Positions 18,484-27,519 of a DNA stretch of 64,000 bases are shown one piece after another. Source of the DNA: an uncultured Gammaproteobacteria bacterium (lineage in GTDB: Bacteria > Patescibacteriota > Patescibacteriia > UBA11705 > JABHMO01); the NCBI GenBank assembly GCA_964584985.1, contig CAZPBK010000001.1, positions 60,742-124,741 of the forward strand. Reading direction: 5' to 3'. The notes under the pieces are model-generated. The model saw only the letters and a program-made list of their open reading frames with translations, made no database searches and was not told where the DNA came from. Each line of letters opens with the position of its first letter. Positions within the stretch are counted from its first letter, which is position 1. A program made the position numbers and the translations under genes.

Positions 18484-18930
18484 TTATTCCGTCCCAACCT
18501 CTTTAACCAAGTCAAAAATTTCTTGACCGGATAAAAGATCTTCATAATCTTGACCCATTTTTTTTATTAAAACTTCATGTTTTGGTGAAATTAAGATAAC
18601 CGCCGGACGACTGACATCCCTGTCATCTGTTTGTGTTTTAAGCTTAAAATGATTTATCAAATCCAATCCCGCATCGGAAAGAACCGAAAAATTTAAACTT
18701 AAAAATTTTTTTAATAAGCTGGATCTTAGTTTGGTGTCGGAAGATACAGCTAAAATTTTTATATTTTTATTTTGAAATTTATCAAACAGTTCATTAATTT
18801 GCTTTAATTGTTTTTTGCATAGATTGCACCAAACTCCACGAAAAAAAACAAGCAGGAGGTAGGCATCTCCTTGATATTCAAATAAATCAAAATCCTCTTC
18901 GTTGTTATTTTTCAATATAAAATTTTTCAT
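18484..18930 (-). CDS. Thioredoxin-fold redoxin / peroxiredoxin-like protein (AhpC/TSA family, single active Cys)
   Basis: Motif FFRGVWCNLCKKQL with a thioredoxin-fold length of 148 aa. Confidence 0.55.
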   Translation of the reverse strand: MKNFILKNNNEEDFDLFEYQGDAYLLLVFFRGVWCNLCKKQLKQINELFDKFQNKNIKILAVSSDTKLRSSLLKKFLSLNFSVLSDAGLDLINHFKLKTQTDDRDVSRPAVILISPKHEVLIKKMGQDYEDLLSGQEIFDLVKEVGTE

Positions 18931-18936
18931 GGTTTA

Positions 18937-18950
18937 TTCGGATTGAATCT
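18937..18950 (+). repeat. Direct repeat copy 2 (TTCGGATTGAATCT), immediately upstream of the redoxin gene
   Basis: Exact 14-bp copy of 18464..18477. Together the two copies bracket the 447-bp redoxin CDS. Confidence 0.5.
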
Positions 18951-19007
18951 CTTCTGAAATTTCGGATAAAAAAGTGCTCTGCCTCTACATTATTCTTTGA
19001 TGTATTG

Positions 19008-19031
19008 CCCCGCCTTTCGCGAAAGGCGGGG
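19008..19031. repeat. Perfect 24-bp GC-rich palindrome CCCCGCCTTTCGCGAAAGGCGGGG
   Basis: Fully self-complementary (10-bp stem with a self-complementary CGCG centre). It sits in an otherwise AT-rich 390-bp intergenic region. The flanking T-runs are weak, so it is not a classical terminator. Confidence 0.6.
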
Positions 19032-19056
19032 TTGACGTTTTAATTTGGCTCTTTTC

Positions 19057-19209
19057 CTAACAACAATTGTCCCAATCCACTATACTTTCCATTTCTTTTA
19101 GTTTTTCTTTGTATTTATCTTTACATTTTTGACTGCAAAAATACACCTCACCATTAAACAAGGCTTTATTTTTATCAACTTTTTTTTGGCAAATTATGCA
19201 CTTTTTCAT
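19057..19209 (-). CDS. Small (50 aa) FCS/TRASH-like zinc-finger protein candidate (not in the ORF track; below 60 aa)
   Basis: Manual translation gives MKKCIICQKKVDKNKALFNGEVYFCSQKCKDKYKEKLKEMESIVDWDNCC. It has a CxxC...FCSxxC arrangement. No strong SD, but native genes here generally lack one. Confidence 0.3.
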   Translation of the reverse strand: MKKCIICQKKVDKNKALFNGEVYFCSQKCKDKYKEKLKEMESIVDWDNCC

Positions 19210-19322
19210 AATTTTGTGATTTTACGATATAATTATACTAAATTTTACACTTAATTTCAATTCTATTCAACCAAAACAAAAGAACGGGCTTTCCCGCTCT
19301 TTTGTTGTTATATCCTGTATTC

Positions 19323-20135
19323 TTATCTGGTTGCTCCACTGTAGGCAATTGCTCTTACGGCATCCCAATCCGTTGCGCTACTTGGTGAATGCCCAAAGAT
19401 TCCTTCAAAATGGTCAATAGCTTCGGCTTCACTGCCCAAATTTCTTTCCCCCGGTCTTAAACCATAAGCCATAATGGTCACGGCCGCATTATCATTGGGA
19501 TTATCCATATTAGCCACTCTTAAATAAATTGTTTCAAACATGTCCTTGGCATTGTCCAAAGCGGTTTGACTGGACTCACTCGGCCATCGTCCATTGGCAA
19601 TTTTTAATACATCATTCCATTCAGCTGCAGTTTCAGGTAATTTCCCAAAAGCAGCCTGGTAGCTGTCCACTACGCCCGCTCTTTCACCGGCTCCCAAGTT
19701 CAAAGTAGTGGGAGTTCCATAGGTGATAAAATTAACAAGCGCGGTCATGACAGCTTCGCTTTCGTCACCGGAAATGATTTTACTGACAAGAGTTGATTCA
19801 TAGGAAGCCTCTTTAGCCAAATCTCTTTCAACGCCAACGGCCGAGGTAAGATCAACCACATTTCCGCCCGCAATATCTTCGGCTTCGTTAGTCATTTTTT
19901 CTAATTCAGTTGCGGCCTCTTCATCACCGCTAACCGGTTCTTCATCTCCATAAGTTGGAGTTGGTTCCGGTTCATCGACCGGCTCTTCAGGTGTGTCAAA
20001 TAAACTTTGTGGAGCGGAATAAGAAATTCCTCCACCGCCACCACCATAACCAAAGGCATCATTAAACACCATGGTCACTCCGGGTAGAAGAAGAAGAGCG
20101 GCAAGTACAAAGTAAATGAAAAATCTTGTTTTCAT
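19323..20135 (-). CDS. Secreted acidic Gly-rich protein with DUF4214-like C-terminal repeats
   Basis: Signal peptide MKTRFFIYFVLAALLLLPGV, a GGGGGG run and an acidic linker. Three repeats of the pattern xxFGxxPxxAxxWxxVxxIAxG. GC is elevated relative to neighbouring genes. Confidence 0.45.
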   Translation of the reverse strand: MKTRFFIYFVLAALLLLPGVTMVFNDAFGYGGGGGGISYSAPQSLFDTPEEPVDEPEPTPTYGDEEPVSGDEEAATELEKMTNEAEDIAGGNVVDLTSAVGVERDLAKEASYESTLVSKIISGDESEAVMTALVNFITYGTPTTLNLGAGERAGVVDSYQAAFGKLPETAAEWNDVLKIANGRWPSESSQTALDNAKDMFETIYLRVANMDNPNDNAAVTIMAYGLRPGERNLGSEAEAIDHFEGIFGHSPSSATDWDAVRAIAYSGATR

Positions 20136-20256
20136 AAGCTCAAAATTAATTAAAAATTATTATGTGATTATCTAAAGTTATGCTATCTTCAAATTTATTA
20201 TACCACTTACACCATACAATAAAAAGCCTACAAATATTCAGGTGTGGATAAATATT

Positions 20257-21882
20257 TTAATAGGCATTATTTTTCCATATTTGTAAAACTTGATTATCAA
20301 AAATATTTTTTAGGTTTTTTTGATTTTGAACAAAAGCATATTTTGACCAATCAACCTCTTTAAGTAAAATTATATATTTAATATCCCACTTGCTCAACTT
20401 TTCGCCCAAATCACGAATCTGATCTGTTTTTCCCAAAATATCCCGTTCCCAAAAAAGAGAAAAAGGTCTGGTACTGGAGCTATAAATTCCTCCCACTTCC
20501 ATATTGTCGCCACAATAATTATCTTTTTCCAAAAAACGACAAAAAGGATTGGCCGTAACTCTATCCTCTAAAAAATCAAAACTCATATAACCGTGCCAAG
20601 GCAAAGCCAAGACATTAAAATCATCTTCATCTTGATCAATAATCTTTTTAACTTCATACCACTCCGCAGGATAATTAGCGGTACTCAATTGACCACGAAA
20701 ACCGTTGAACATCAAAGGATTATAAACCAAAGGCAAAACAACAATCAGCCCGACCAACCAGGTTTTATTGATTTTTTTAAAATAATTTTCAGCTTGTTTA
20801 ACTCCGATTGATCCGAAATAAAGGTAAACAATCGCTAAAAAAGCCAACCATTTTTGCGGTTCTCTAAGGCCTTGATAAAAAGGGACATATTTATTTAATA
20901 ATTTTACTAAGGCTTCAAAAGGCGCAAAAGCCGAACCGACTCCCAAAATCAAAGCCAAGATACCGATTACCAAAAAGCCAACTGAGCTTGGTTTGTGTTT
21001 TTTATTTTTCCAACCAACGATCACTCCCCAAACAACAAAAAGAAAAATTAAACCAAAAATCACCCACCAAAAAGGATTAAATTCATTAACCGGCAAATAA
21101 AATCCGGTTTTTTCAGCCCAAAAACCATGCATTCCCAAAGCATTGAGAAGAACATGGGTATTACCGGGATCCGTTGAAAAAGCCAAGTTGTGTTGCCAGT
21201 CAAACCCCTGAATCCTTTGATTTTTTTCACTATCGCCAAAAGTAAAAGGAATTAACCAATAAAGATTAACAATCACAACTGCCAATATCAAAATCAGTGA
21301 TTTTAATAAATATTTTTTCAATCTTGGCTGGTTTTTCTTTTTAAAAGCCGAGCCAACAAGCAAAATCAGCACGGTAAATACGGAAATATAAAACAAATGC
21401 AAAGACAATTGGCTGATTAGAAACCAAAAAATTAAAGTAAAAATCAAATCTTTCCATTGTAAGGAATTAATAAACTTTAACAAACCATAAAATAAAAATG
21501 GTAGTAAAGCATAAGCCAAACAATGCCAAATCTGGCCAAAAACGATTCGGGAATACAAAAAAGGAGAAAATAAATAAAGAAATGAGGCAAACAAAGAAGA
21601 CCATCTTGATTCAGTTAAATAATAGGTCAACCGATAGGCGGAAAAACCAGCTAAGAAAAAAACCAAGAATAACATGGCCTTTTGTATAAAAGCACTGGAA
21701 AAAACCATGTTTAACAAGTATAAAACAAAGTTCAATAAAAAATAATTATCTACTTTCTGAGGAAAATTAAATTCCAAGGACCAACTCATATCCGTAGCAA
21801 AAACAAAACCACTCTTTAAAAGTGGCCAGATAATTAACAATGACAAAATTACATATTTAAAAATTAACCTTTTCTTTTCCAT
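20257..21882 (-). CDS. Polytopic integral membrane protein (possible GT-C-type glycosyltransferase or YfhO-like), function unknown
   Basis: 541 aa with ≥12 hydrophobic segments. Adjacent to other envelope genes. Confidence 0.4.
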   Translation of the reverse strand: MEKKRLIFKYVILSLLIIWPLLKSGFVFATDMSWSLEFNFPQKVDNYFLLNFVLYLLNMVFSSAFIQKAMLFLVFFLAGFSAYRLTYYLTESRWSSLFASFLYLFSPFLYSRIVFGQIWHCLAYALLPFLFYGLLKFINSLQWKDLIFTLIFWFLISQLSLHLFYISVFTVLILLVGSAFKKKNQPRLKKYLLKSLILILAVVIVNLYWLIPFTFGDSEKNQRIQGFDWQHNLAFSTDPGNTHVLLNALGMHGFWAEKTGFYLPVNEFNPFWWVIFGLIFLFVVWGVIVGWKNKKHKPSSVGFLVIGILALILGVGSAFAPFEALVKLLNKYVPFYQGLREPQKWLAFLAIVYLYFGSIGVKQAENYFKKINKTWLVGLIVVLPLVYNPLMFNGFRGQLSTANYPAEWYEVKKIIDQDEDDFNVLALPWHGYMSFDFLEDRVTANPFCRFLEKDNYCGDNMEVGGIYSSSTRPFSLFWERDILGKTDQIRDLGEKLSKWDIKYIILLKEVDWSKYAFVQNQKNLKNIFDNQVLQIWKNNAY

Positions 21883-21884
21883 CC

Positions 21885-22235
21885 TTACTTAAAATTCAAT
21901 TTTTTAACTTTGAGATATAATTTTGATTTTTTAATATGCTGAATTATTTGTAACAACAAGCCCAACGATAAAGCATAGTAACAATAAAAAGCTATTTGTT
22001 CAGCCGATTTAGGTAATCTAAGCATTAAAAAAATTGGAATAAATAAAAAGAACATAAGACCAAAAAGTAAATAAATTCTCGGATCCCAGTTGAAAAGGAC
22101 AAACAAGAAAAAGCTCCCCAGAAACAAAGCTACTTCTATTCCGAATGATCTATAAAAGATCAAAAAAACAATCAAAAAAGTAAAAAACTTTAAATTATAT
22201 TTTTCCCCGAATATTTTATCTAATTTCTTACTCAT
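21885..22235 (-). CDS. Small integral membrane protein
   Basis: 116 aa with 3-4 TM segments. Overlaps and is co-directional with the flanking membrane-protein genes. Confidence 0.4.
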   Translation of the reverse strand: MSKKLDKIFGEKYNLKFFTFLIVFLIFYRSFGIEVALFLGSFFLFVLFNWDPRIYLLFGLMFFLFIPIFLMLRLPKSAEQIAFYCYYALSLGLLLQIIQHIKKSKLYLKVKKLNFK

Positions 22236-22237
22236 AG

Positions 22238-23488
22238 TTAGTGTTTTATTTTTATTTGCTTAATAAAGCTGTATCCTTTATCGATACAAGCAATGCCAAG
22301 TCCGCCTGATGAATATTCTTCATCGACCACTTCCGTTAACAATTTATAGTCATCACCATCCAATGAAATAAACAAACTAATATTCGGACCTTCAGCCTCT
22401 ATCCTTAACCAATAATAATTATCTTTTCTAAAATTAAAATTAAGTATTTTCCCTTGCTTAATATCCTGCCATCCATCGCTTGTTAATGACATCAAAGACC
22501 AAATGTTACTATTTTCCTTTATAAAAAAGTAATAACCTTTTCCAGTTTTATAATTACCACGGAAAAAGGCGCCACTTCTGCCACGCTGTGGGGCTAATTG
22601 TAGGTCATAAACAAAATCATTAACACTCGAAGCTCTTTTTAGAATAGTGTTATACCCGCTAAAATGGTGAATTTCCAAGACATTGTTGCCATCATTATCA
22701 ATGTTAAGAGTCAGGGTGTCGCTATTGTGCAAATTCCAATCATCGATAAAATCTTTGTTATAAACAAACTTCAAATCATCGATATTTATCATACTTGTTA
22801 ATCCCAACCTTGATTTTATGCTAAATTCAATCTTATTTACCTGATTTATATCAAAATCAGGGTCTTCACTGACTCTGGCCATAAATGAGACGGGCAACCT
22901 GTTAAAAATCCAACCGGAAGACAAATTTGTTATATTATAAATATAATATTCATTCGGATCATCTCCCAATAATCTTATTTTAAAAGATTCTACATTTTGG
23001 GGATCCGAAATATTTGTATAAAACTCTATAAACTTCAAGTTCTTGTAGTTTTCATTTTTACTTTGATCTTCACTGTCTTTTATTTTATCATTAATTGACT
23101 CTTTACTGTTGATGGCTTTTGATATAACTTTTTCTTCTTTTTCTGCCACTATCGTAATACTAGCTTCTCCGTTATGATATGTTCTCTTGTCATAATATCC
23201 ATCACCCTGCCAATTTTCTCCTATTTCAAAATCACTTACCTTTTCCACCTTAAACTCTTTATACTTTTCTGCAAAATTTATTTTTATATTAGCTTTTCCA
23301 AAAAGGATCTCCGATAGACTTGATTTATTTTCTATAGATGTTTGTTCATATTCGTAATCTTGTTTAGTTATAGTTTTTGTTTGGTAATTAATCCAAAAAA
23401 AGGCAAATAAGACTCCGATAATTGCTATCGCTACTCCCATTATTAAAGGTAAACTGCGTTTTATCCAACTTTTAGGTTTTTTTGACAT
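22238..23488 (-). CDS. Membrane-anchored extracytoplasmic protein, unknown function
   Basis: A single N-terminal TM helix (LPLIMGVAIAIIGVLFAFFWINY) followed by a ~390-aa soluble domain rich in Asn, Asp and Tyr. Confidence 0.45.
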   Translation of the reverse strand: MSKKPKSWIKRSLPLIMGVAIAIIGVLFAFFWINYQTKTITKQDYEYEQTSIENKSSLSEILFGKANIKINFAEKYKEFKVEKVSDFEIGENWQGDGYYDKRTYHNGEASITIVAEKEEKVISKAINSKESINDKIKDSEDQSKNENYKNLKFIEFYTNISDPQNVESFKIRLLGDDPNEYYIYNITNLSSGWIFNRLPVSFMARVSEDPDFDINQVNKIEFSIKSRLGLTSMINIDDLKFVYNKDFIDDWNLHNSDTLTLNIDNDGNNVLEIHHFSGYNTILKRASSVNDFVYDLQLAPQRGRSGAFFRGNYKTGKGYYFFIKENSNIWSLMSLTSDGWQDIKQGKILNFNFRKDNYYWLRIEAEGPNISLFISLDGDDYKLLTEVVDEEYSSGGLGIACIDKGYSFIKQIKIKH

Positions 23489-23620
23489 ATATTACAGTTT
23501 ATTAGATTATTAGAGCTATTCATTATATAATATACTATCCGCTGTTGACCTTGTCAATTATAATATTATATAATAAAATCAGACAATGTTAAGTAAATTA
23601 ATCTTCAAATAATTTATTTT

Positions 23621-23779
23621 ATGTGTTTCCTGAAAAAAATATTCAAGAAAAAAACCAAGTTAGAAAATTATGATTCTCCCACATCAAACCAAGGCCGTAA
23701 GTCAGAGTCAAAAAAGCACAATGGGAATGATGAAGAAAAGATCAAGGATCGACTTCGCGAATTAGGTTATTTTGAATAA
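23621..23779 (+). CDS. Small ORF (52 aa), candidate only
   Basis: Translates to MCFLKKIFKKKTKLENYDSPTSNQGRKSESKKHNGNDEEKIKDRLRELGYFE. It is the lone plus-strand ORF in a 320-bp AT-rich gap. No SD and no recognisable motif. Confidence 0.2.
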   Translation: MCFLKKIFKKKTKLENYDSPTSNQGRKSESKKHNGNDEEKIKDRLRELGYFE

Positions 23780-23810
23780 AAAATATTATATTTTTTCCTA
23801 AAAACAAGTT

Positions 23811-26189
23811 TTAAAACTTGTTTTTATGTTCTTTAAATACCGCAAAGCCAGCTAAAACAATACTTGTGACACTCAACAAAACTCCGAGATATAAATAATT
23901 TTGTGAATTATTATATATTGTTAATTTAATTTTTTTATTTCCCTCATCTTCTAAAGGACCAATGTACCAAGCATTAGCATAACCATTTGCTCTGATGTGT
24001 TGATCATCATAAAGAGGTTTTTTAAACATAAATTTCAAATCTGAGATTTTATATTTAAAAGCTGAATGTTTTCCTTCTCCGATGTTAGCGTGTACCCTTT
24101 CGAGCTCTTCTATGTTTGAAAAATTATTTGTGTAAAGCTTCCATCCATTATTGAAATTTTCCAAAAAAACCAAATAAAAGGAATTCTTAAAATTTGAGAT
24201 CTCAATATCATAATGGGTAGGATTTATTTTTTTAAATTTAATATAAGGTGAGAAAGATTTATTCTCATTAACAAAACAGGAGGTGGGATCTGAAGATATA
24301 ATCTCTTTCTCTGGCGTAAAGGCGGATGAAGTTATATATTTAGAAAGTTCCTTTATGTTGGAAGCGTTATTAATCTTTTGACAGGATGGAACATTGTAAA
24401 TTTTGGGTAAAAACTCATCGGCAAGATATATATCATTACCTCCTATCTTTTTATGCAATGAAATATTTTTGATGTTTTGCAACTTTTCTTTTACAAACTC
24501 GGGAGAATCTTTGCCATTTAAATAGTCATATATAAGGTCATTTCTTTGTACTATGTACTTGATATTTAAAATTGATGTTAGCTTGGTTATCTTTAAATAT
24601 TCTTGATCAATTGATTGATAAAGTAAATTAACAAGTTCATCTCTTAATCTCTCAGCATTATTTAAACTTCTCTCGTAATAGTTGACTAAAAAAGCCTTAC
24701 TGGAAAGATATGGCAACAAATGAGAATTAAGAATCATCCCCCAACTGTAAACCGCCCTATCGGTGTTTGGCAAAAGCAGTCCTCTAAATTCTTGAGGGTC
24801 ATTATTCAAAAAAGTGGCTGTTTTATTAACATACTCGGGAAAAGGATAGTTAATATGTGCTGACTGAAGCTTTGTTTTATCAGTTCTATGAGGATACATC
24901 TCTCCGTTCCAAAATGGTTTTAGTTGGATCAGAACCAATATTAGAAAAACGCCAAGGAGGAGATATTTTAAAACTCTTTTTTTGTATTTTTCAAAAAGTT
25001 TTAAAGCATAAACAATTGATGTTGTAAACATTATAGAAAAACACAAGGTCAAAACATTCATCGACTTTTGCCATGGGGACCGGAACAACCAAAATCCGGG
25101 AATATTTTCAATGGCCCAACTGTACAAATTAAATTTTTGAGCTATGGCGAAAAAAGCAAACAGTATAAATATTATTTTGAAAAACAGTACTTTTTTATTT
25201 TTATTAAAAATTAAAAAACTTAAAAACCCAATAAAGCTCAATAAATAACTGAGAAATATATATAAAGGGTTATTAAAATATTTTTGTATTGACGGATAAA
25301 AAAGTTCCCCATTTTTACCGGCTGACAGCCCTTTAGCGCCCATTAGTCGTAGATTTTCATGAAGCACTAGAGACTTACCCTTGCTCCATTTTATACTCAA
25401 CTCTTTTGCTTCGTGCAGCTTGTCTTGATTGTTTATTGCCGTAGACAAGGTTTCATGCAAAAACGGTAAAAAACACCACAAATTGAAAAAAACAAAAAAC
25501 AATAGACCCATGGCCATTTTTTTTATAAACTCTTTTTTAAAGTTGTGGGTGATTATGTAAAAAGCAAGATAGGCTAATAAAACTGAATAAGTGGACGCTA
25601 TAATGGAAATATTTGATAAACCGATGTTTAAGGGAATTGTAAATAATGAAAAAATCACTATGTTTTTAAGACAAAATTCACTTTCCAACAATATCATTAA
25701 ACGAGCCAATACAATTGGTAAAAATAAAAAAGGTAATATTTTTATAAAATGCAACCCATGCCAAATCATGAATTGATAAAATGAACAAATATAAATAATT
25801 GATCCAATTATATTTGGAAAATATTTTTTCCGAAAAATATGATCCAATAAATAATAAATTGAAGTGAAACCGGAAGCCAAAAGTAAAGCAAAAATTATTT
25901 TTTCAGTAATTATGAGCGATCCTGTTAATAACAAAATTAAATAAAAAGGAATGAACAAAAGTGTTTGAGAAAACTTTCTTCCATAAGGGACTCCCCCGGA
26001 TCTAATATCCCATAAAAATGTGGTTTTATTGATAAAATTTTTTCCGTAAGAAATCCTACCGTCTCCGTAGTTTATTATACTCCCCTGATTAAACCAAAAG
26101 TTTGAAACAATTAAAAAAAATATTATTAATGACAACAAAAAGATCACTAAAACATGATTTTTTTTACAAAAACTCGCAAGGCGTTTCAT
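23811..26189 (-). CDS. Large polytopic membrane protein with C-terminal extracytoplasmic domain (YfhO-like GT-C candidate)
   Basis: 792 aa with ~14 TM segments in the first ~450 aa, a soluble C-terminal domain, then a final TM. This architecture resembles YfhO-type polyprenyl-phosphate-sugar-dependent glycosyltransferases. The family assignment is inference. Confidence 0.4.
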   Translation of the reverse strand: MKRLASFCKKNHVLVIFLLSLIIFFLIVSNFWFNQGSIINYGDGRISYGKNFINKTTFLWDIRSGGVPYGRKFSQTLLFIPFYLILLLTGSLIITEKIIFALLLASGFTSIYYLLDHIFRKKYFPNIIGSIIYICSFYQFMIWHGLHFIKILPFLFLPIVLARLMILLESEFCLKNIVIFSLFTIPLNIGLSNISIIASTYSVLLAYLAFYIITHNFKKEFIKKMAMGLLFFVFFNLWCFLPFLHETLSTAINNQDKLHEAKELSIKWSKGKSLVLHENLRLMGAKGLSAGKNGELFYPSIQKYFNNPLYIFLSYLLSFIGFLSFLIFNKNKKVLFFKIIFILFAFFAIAQKFNLYSWAIENIPGFWLFRSPWQKSMNVLTLCFSIMFTTSIVYALKLFEKYKKRVLKYLLLGVFLILVLIQLKPFWNGEMYPHRTDKTKLQSAHINYPFPEYVNKTATFLNNDPQEFRGLLLPNTDRAVYSWGMILNSHLLPYLSSKAFLVNYYERSLNNAERLRDELVNLLYQSIDQEYLKITKLTSILNIKYIVQRNDLIYDYLNGKDSPEFVKEKLQNIKNISLHKKIGGNDIYLADEFLPKIYNVPSCQKINNASNIKELSKYITSSAFTPEKEIISSDPTSCFVNENKSFSPYIKFKKINPTHYDIEISNFKNSFYLVFLENFNNGWKLYTNNFSNIEELERVHANIGEGKHSAFKYKISDLKFMFKKPLYDDQHIRANGYANAWYIGPLEDEGNKKIKLTIYNNSQNYLYLGVLLSVTSIVLAGFAVFKEHKNKF

Positions 26190-26192
26190 AAA

Positions 26193-27518
26193 TTACTTTT
26201 GTGTTTTTATTTTTTTTATAACCTCTAAAGCCTTTTTTTCTAAAATAAGACTTCCGTTTATGTGCGTTTTTATTTTATTTTTCTCGTTTGGATCATTTTT
26301 CAAATCATAGATAAAAAAATCTTTTACTTCACCTTTGGTTGTTATCTTGGCAATGTATTTTTCATACTCATTCCTAACACTGATTAAAAAAATATTTTTA
26401 TCCTCAATTGACAGGCTAATTATATCACGGTTTTTTTCTTCAACAGAATCTTCTGTTAATAAATCCACCAAACTTTTTCCATCATATTCATTGGCTCCAC
26501 TTCCATTAATCAAATGATCCAAGGTCGGGCATATATCCACCGTACTTACATTTTCAGAGACAATTTTTCTAGAAATTCCGGGACCAACCCAGATAAAAGG
26601 GATTTTTATCAATTCTTCATACAAGTCACTTGTATGTTCAACTTTGCCGTGCTCCAAAAAAGCTTCGCCATGATCCGCCGTAAAGATAAAATGTGTATTG
26701 TTTTTATTTATTCCTTTTTTTTCTAAATCGTGTATAAATTTTTTTATTATATTATTTGATAAATATAAATATTGATTTATGTATAATTTTTTCAATACAC
26801 CTATCTGCTTATTTGAAAAATTTTCCAGAGGCTTAAAGAAAAATAATGAACGGAGAAAAAACCACTTTAGTCTATTGGTAAACTTATTGTGAGAGCTATA
26901 TGGTCCGTGGACATCCATAAAATGCATCCATAAGAAAAAAGGATCCCCTTGTTCTCTTTTTTCTATTACATTTAAGGCGGTTTTTGTCAGTTTATCAGAG
27001 TTTGTATGGCTTAAGTCCAAAAAATAAAAACTAATTAATTTTAAAACCCCCCTTAGAAATTTTAGTTTTTTGGATCGCCTTAATAATCTGATTAATTTCC
27101 CTCTAAACATTTTTTTCTTTGATCTTGTTTGAAAATCATGATAATAACAAAAACCCCTTTCATAGCCAAGACCCTTTATCAGAAAAGGATTAAAATCATT
27201 TAAACCAACTGTGTGGTATCCCTTGTCTTTTAATTTTTCTGCTATTGTTTTTCTTTGATTTGATAATTTAACCGGATGCCAGCTGGTTCCCGGCAAAGGA
27301 TCCCTTATCTCGTTTTCATAAACGCCTGGATATTGACCACTCATGATACTTGGCAAGGAATAGGGTGTTATCGGAGCATTGGAAAATGAGTTTATAAATA
27401 AAGTCCCTTGTTTTGAAAACTCACTTATAAAATCATTATTATTTCTTTCATTATATGCCTTTAAGATATCTGATCGTAAGGCATCAACGGTAATTAAAAT
27501 TATATTTGGTTTTTCCAT
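26193..27518 (-). CDS. Alkaline-phosphatase-superfamily (sulfatase-like) protein lacking the formylglycine Cys/Ser
   Basis: N-terminal metal-binding block ILITVDALRSD. The sulfatase-signature region reads ITPYSLPSIMSGQYP, with Ile at the Cys/Ser (FGly) position and no Arg. Distal motif TADHGEAF. Confidence 0.6.
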   Translation of the reverse strand: MEKPNIILITVDALRSDILKAYNERNNNDFISEFSKQGTLFINSFSNAPITPYSLPSIMSGQYPGVYENEIRDPLPGTSWHPVKLSNQRKTIAEKLKDKGYHTVGLNDFNPFLIKGLGYERGFCYYHDFQTRSKKKMFRGKLIRLLRRSKKLKFLRGVLKLISFYFLDLSHTNSDKLTKTALNVIEKREQGDPFFLWMHFMDVHGPYSSHNKFTNRLKWFFLRSLFFFKPLENFSNKQIGVLKKLYINQYLYLSNNIIKKFIHDLEKKGINKNNTHFIFTADHGEAFLEHGKVEHTSDLYEELIKIPFIWVGPGISRKIVSENVSTVDICPTLDHLINGSGANEYDGKSLVDLLTEDSVEEKNRDIISLSIEDKNIFLISVRNEYEKYIAKITTKGEVKDFFIYDLKNDPNEKNKIKTHINGSLILEKKALEVIKKIKTQK

Positions 27519-27519
27519 A

